A stretch of DNA of 64,000 nucleotides, taken from assembly GCA_051005695.1 (NCBI GenBank), contig JBPCJC010000046.1:106772-170771 (forward strand), in the 5' to 3' direction. Source of the DNA: Chthoniobacterales bacterium (GTDB taxonomy: Bacteria; Verrucomicrobiota; Verrucomicrobiia; Chthoniobacterales; UBA10450). Shown here one piece after another: positions 63,523 to 64,000 of the stretch (positions are counted from its first letter, which is position 1; every line of letters begins with the position of its first letter). The position numbers were made by a program, and so were the translations under genes. Below the pieces are notes generated by a model. That model had not been told where the DNA came from. It did no database searches and saw only the letters and a list, made by a program, of their open reading frames with translations.

Positions 63523-64000
63523 ATGGAAACTTTCCAGGCGCAGCTCACGCGCAAATTAGCCGACGCCCTCGTCGCCGCCGGCCTTCCGCAAGCCGGCGAG
63601 ATCACGCCCGCGACCGATCCGCGTTTCGGCGATTACCAGACCAACGCCGCCCTCGTCCTCGCCAAGCAACGGGGCGAAAATCCGCGCACGCTCGCCCAGC
63701 AAATTATCGATCGATTGGAAGTCGCGGACTTATGCGCGCCGCCGCAAAGTGCCGGTGCCGGTTTCATTAACTTCACCCTCCTGCCCGGCGCCCTGGAAGA
63801 AAAGTGCGCGCACCTCCTCGGCGACGAACGCCTCGGACTTGGCCTAACGAGTGATCCGAAAAAAATCCTGGTCGACTTCGGCTCGCCCAACGTGGCCAAG
63901 CCGATGCACGTCGGCCACATTCGCAGCACGGTCCTTGGCGACACCCTCGCCCGGATCGCCGAATTTCTCGGTCACGAAGTGATCCGCGACAATCATATCG
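63523..64000 (+). CDS. argS: Arginine--tRNA ligase, 5' part (runs off the window).
   Basis: METFQAQLTRKLADAL...DPRFGDYQTNAA...VDFGSPNVAKPMHVGHIRSTVLGD carries the class-I HIGH motif. It is not in the ORF track because no stop occurs before position 64000. Confidence 0.88.
   Translation, partial: METFQAQLTRKLADALVAAGLPQAGEITPATDPRFGDYQTNAALVLAKQRGENPRTLAQQIIDRLEVADLCAPPQSAGAGFINFTLLPGALEEKCAHLLGDERLGLGLTSDPKKILVDFGSPNVAKPMHVGHIRSTVLGDTLARIAEFLGHEVIRDNHI

Noticed and set aside
10810-63851. Interpreting GCCTAACGAG as a Chi site for the AddAB-like enzyme encoded at 11441..17639, or as a KOPS-like polar signal.
   Set aside because: Chi and KOPS words are strongly co-oriented with replication over tens of kb. 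Here the orientations are balanced (10 vs 13 for the 10-mer) and intermixed within single co-directional operons. The idea is kept only as a formal alternative, to be tested genome-wide.
63633-63944. 103-aa minus-strand ORF near the right edge.
   Set aside because: It lies antisense to a clear argS 5' region (HIGH motif, FGDYQTNAA) that is missing from the ORF track only because it has no stop inside the window.
1-64000. Search for CRISPR arrays, rRNA genes, IS elements/transposases, integrases, prophage or toxin-antitoxin/defence modules.
   Set aside because: No regularly spaced direct repeats, no rRNA-like conserved stretches, and no ORF with DDE/tyrosine-recombinase/phage-like motifs were recognised. 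This absence is based on reading by eye only and should be confirmed with dedicated tools.

Overview
This is a GC-rich bacterial chromosomal segment, roughly 60-65% G+C by eye. The protein architectures (PEP-CTERM tails, HAF repeats, BNR/Asp-box exoproteins with dockerin-like C-termini) suggest Verrucomicrobiota or another PVC-type lineage, but that assignment is low confidence.

Layout:
- **Left arm (1-10 kb, + strand):** three paralogous giant secreted BNR/FN3 proteins. One is interrupted by an in-frame TAG, and an orphan 3' cassette lies nearby.
- **Centre (10.2-53.3 kb), mostly housekeeping or envelope genes:** DsbA-VKOR, AddAB-like helicase-nuclease, and a TolC-TolC-HlyD-FtsX efflux operon whose ATPase is displaced. 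A ~16 kb lipid/glycolipid head-group cluster follows, with two CDP-alcohol phosphatidyltransferases, two NTP-transferases, HAD, ATP-grasp, aminotransferase, Gfo/Idh/MocA, serine-palmitoyltransferase-like, GNAT-like, SDR, GT4, GT-C, flippase and radical SAM genes. Then come tRNA-Glu, waaA-rsmD-asmA, a lipid kinase, rhomboid, glnE, rho, yebC and typA.
- **Right arm (53.4-62.9 kb, mostly - strand):** PEP-CTERM proteins, a 1060-aa BNR exoprotein, an S8-like peptidase and a HAF-repeat fragment, followed by ptsN and the 5' part of argS.

The strongest non-genic signal is a short DNA word, GCCTAACGAG (rc CTCGTTAGGC). It has 23 exact copies, and its 8-mer core has 38. Copies occur in both orientations and in every usable reading frame, at about 1 per kb across the central core genes. 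The word is essentially absent from both exoprotein arms. This looks like a DNA-level selected genomic word, similar to an uptake signal sequence, and I know of no described equivalent in this lineage.

No CRISPR array, rRNA gene or recognisable IS/transposase was seen.
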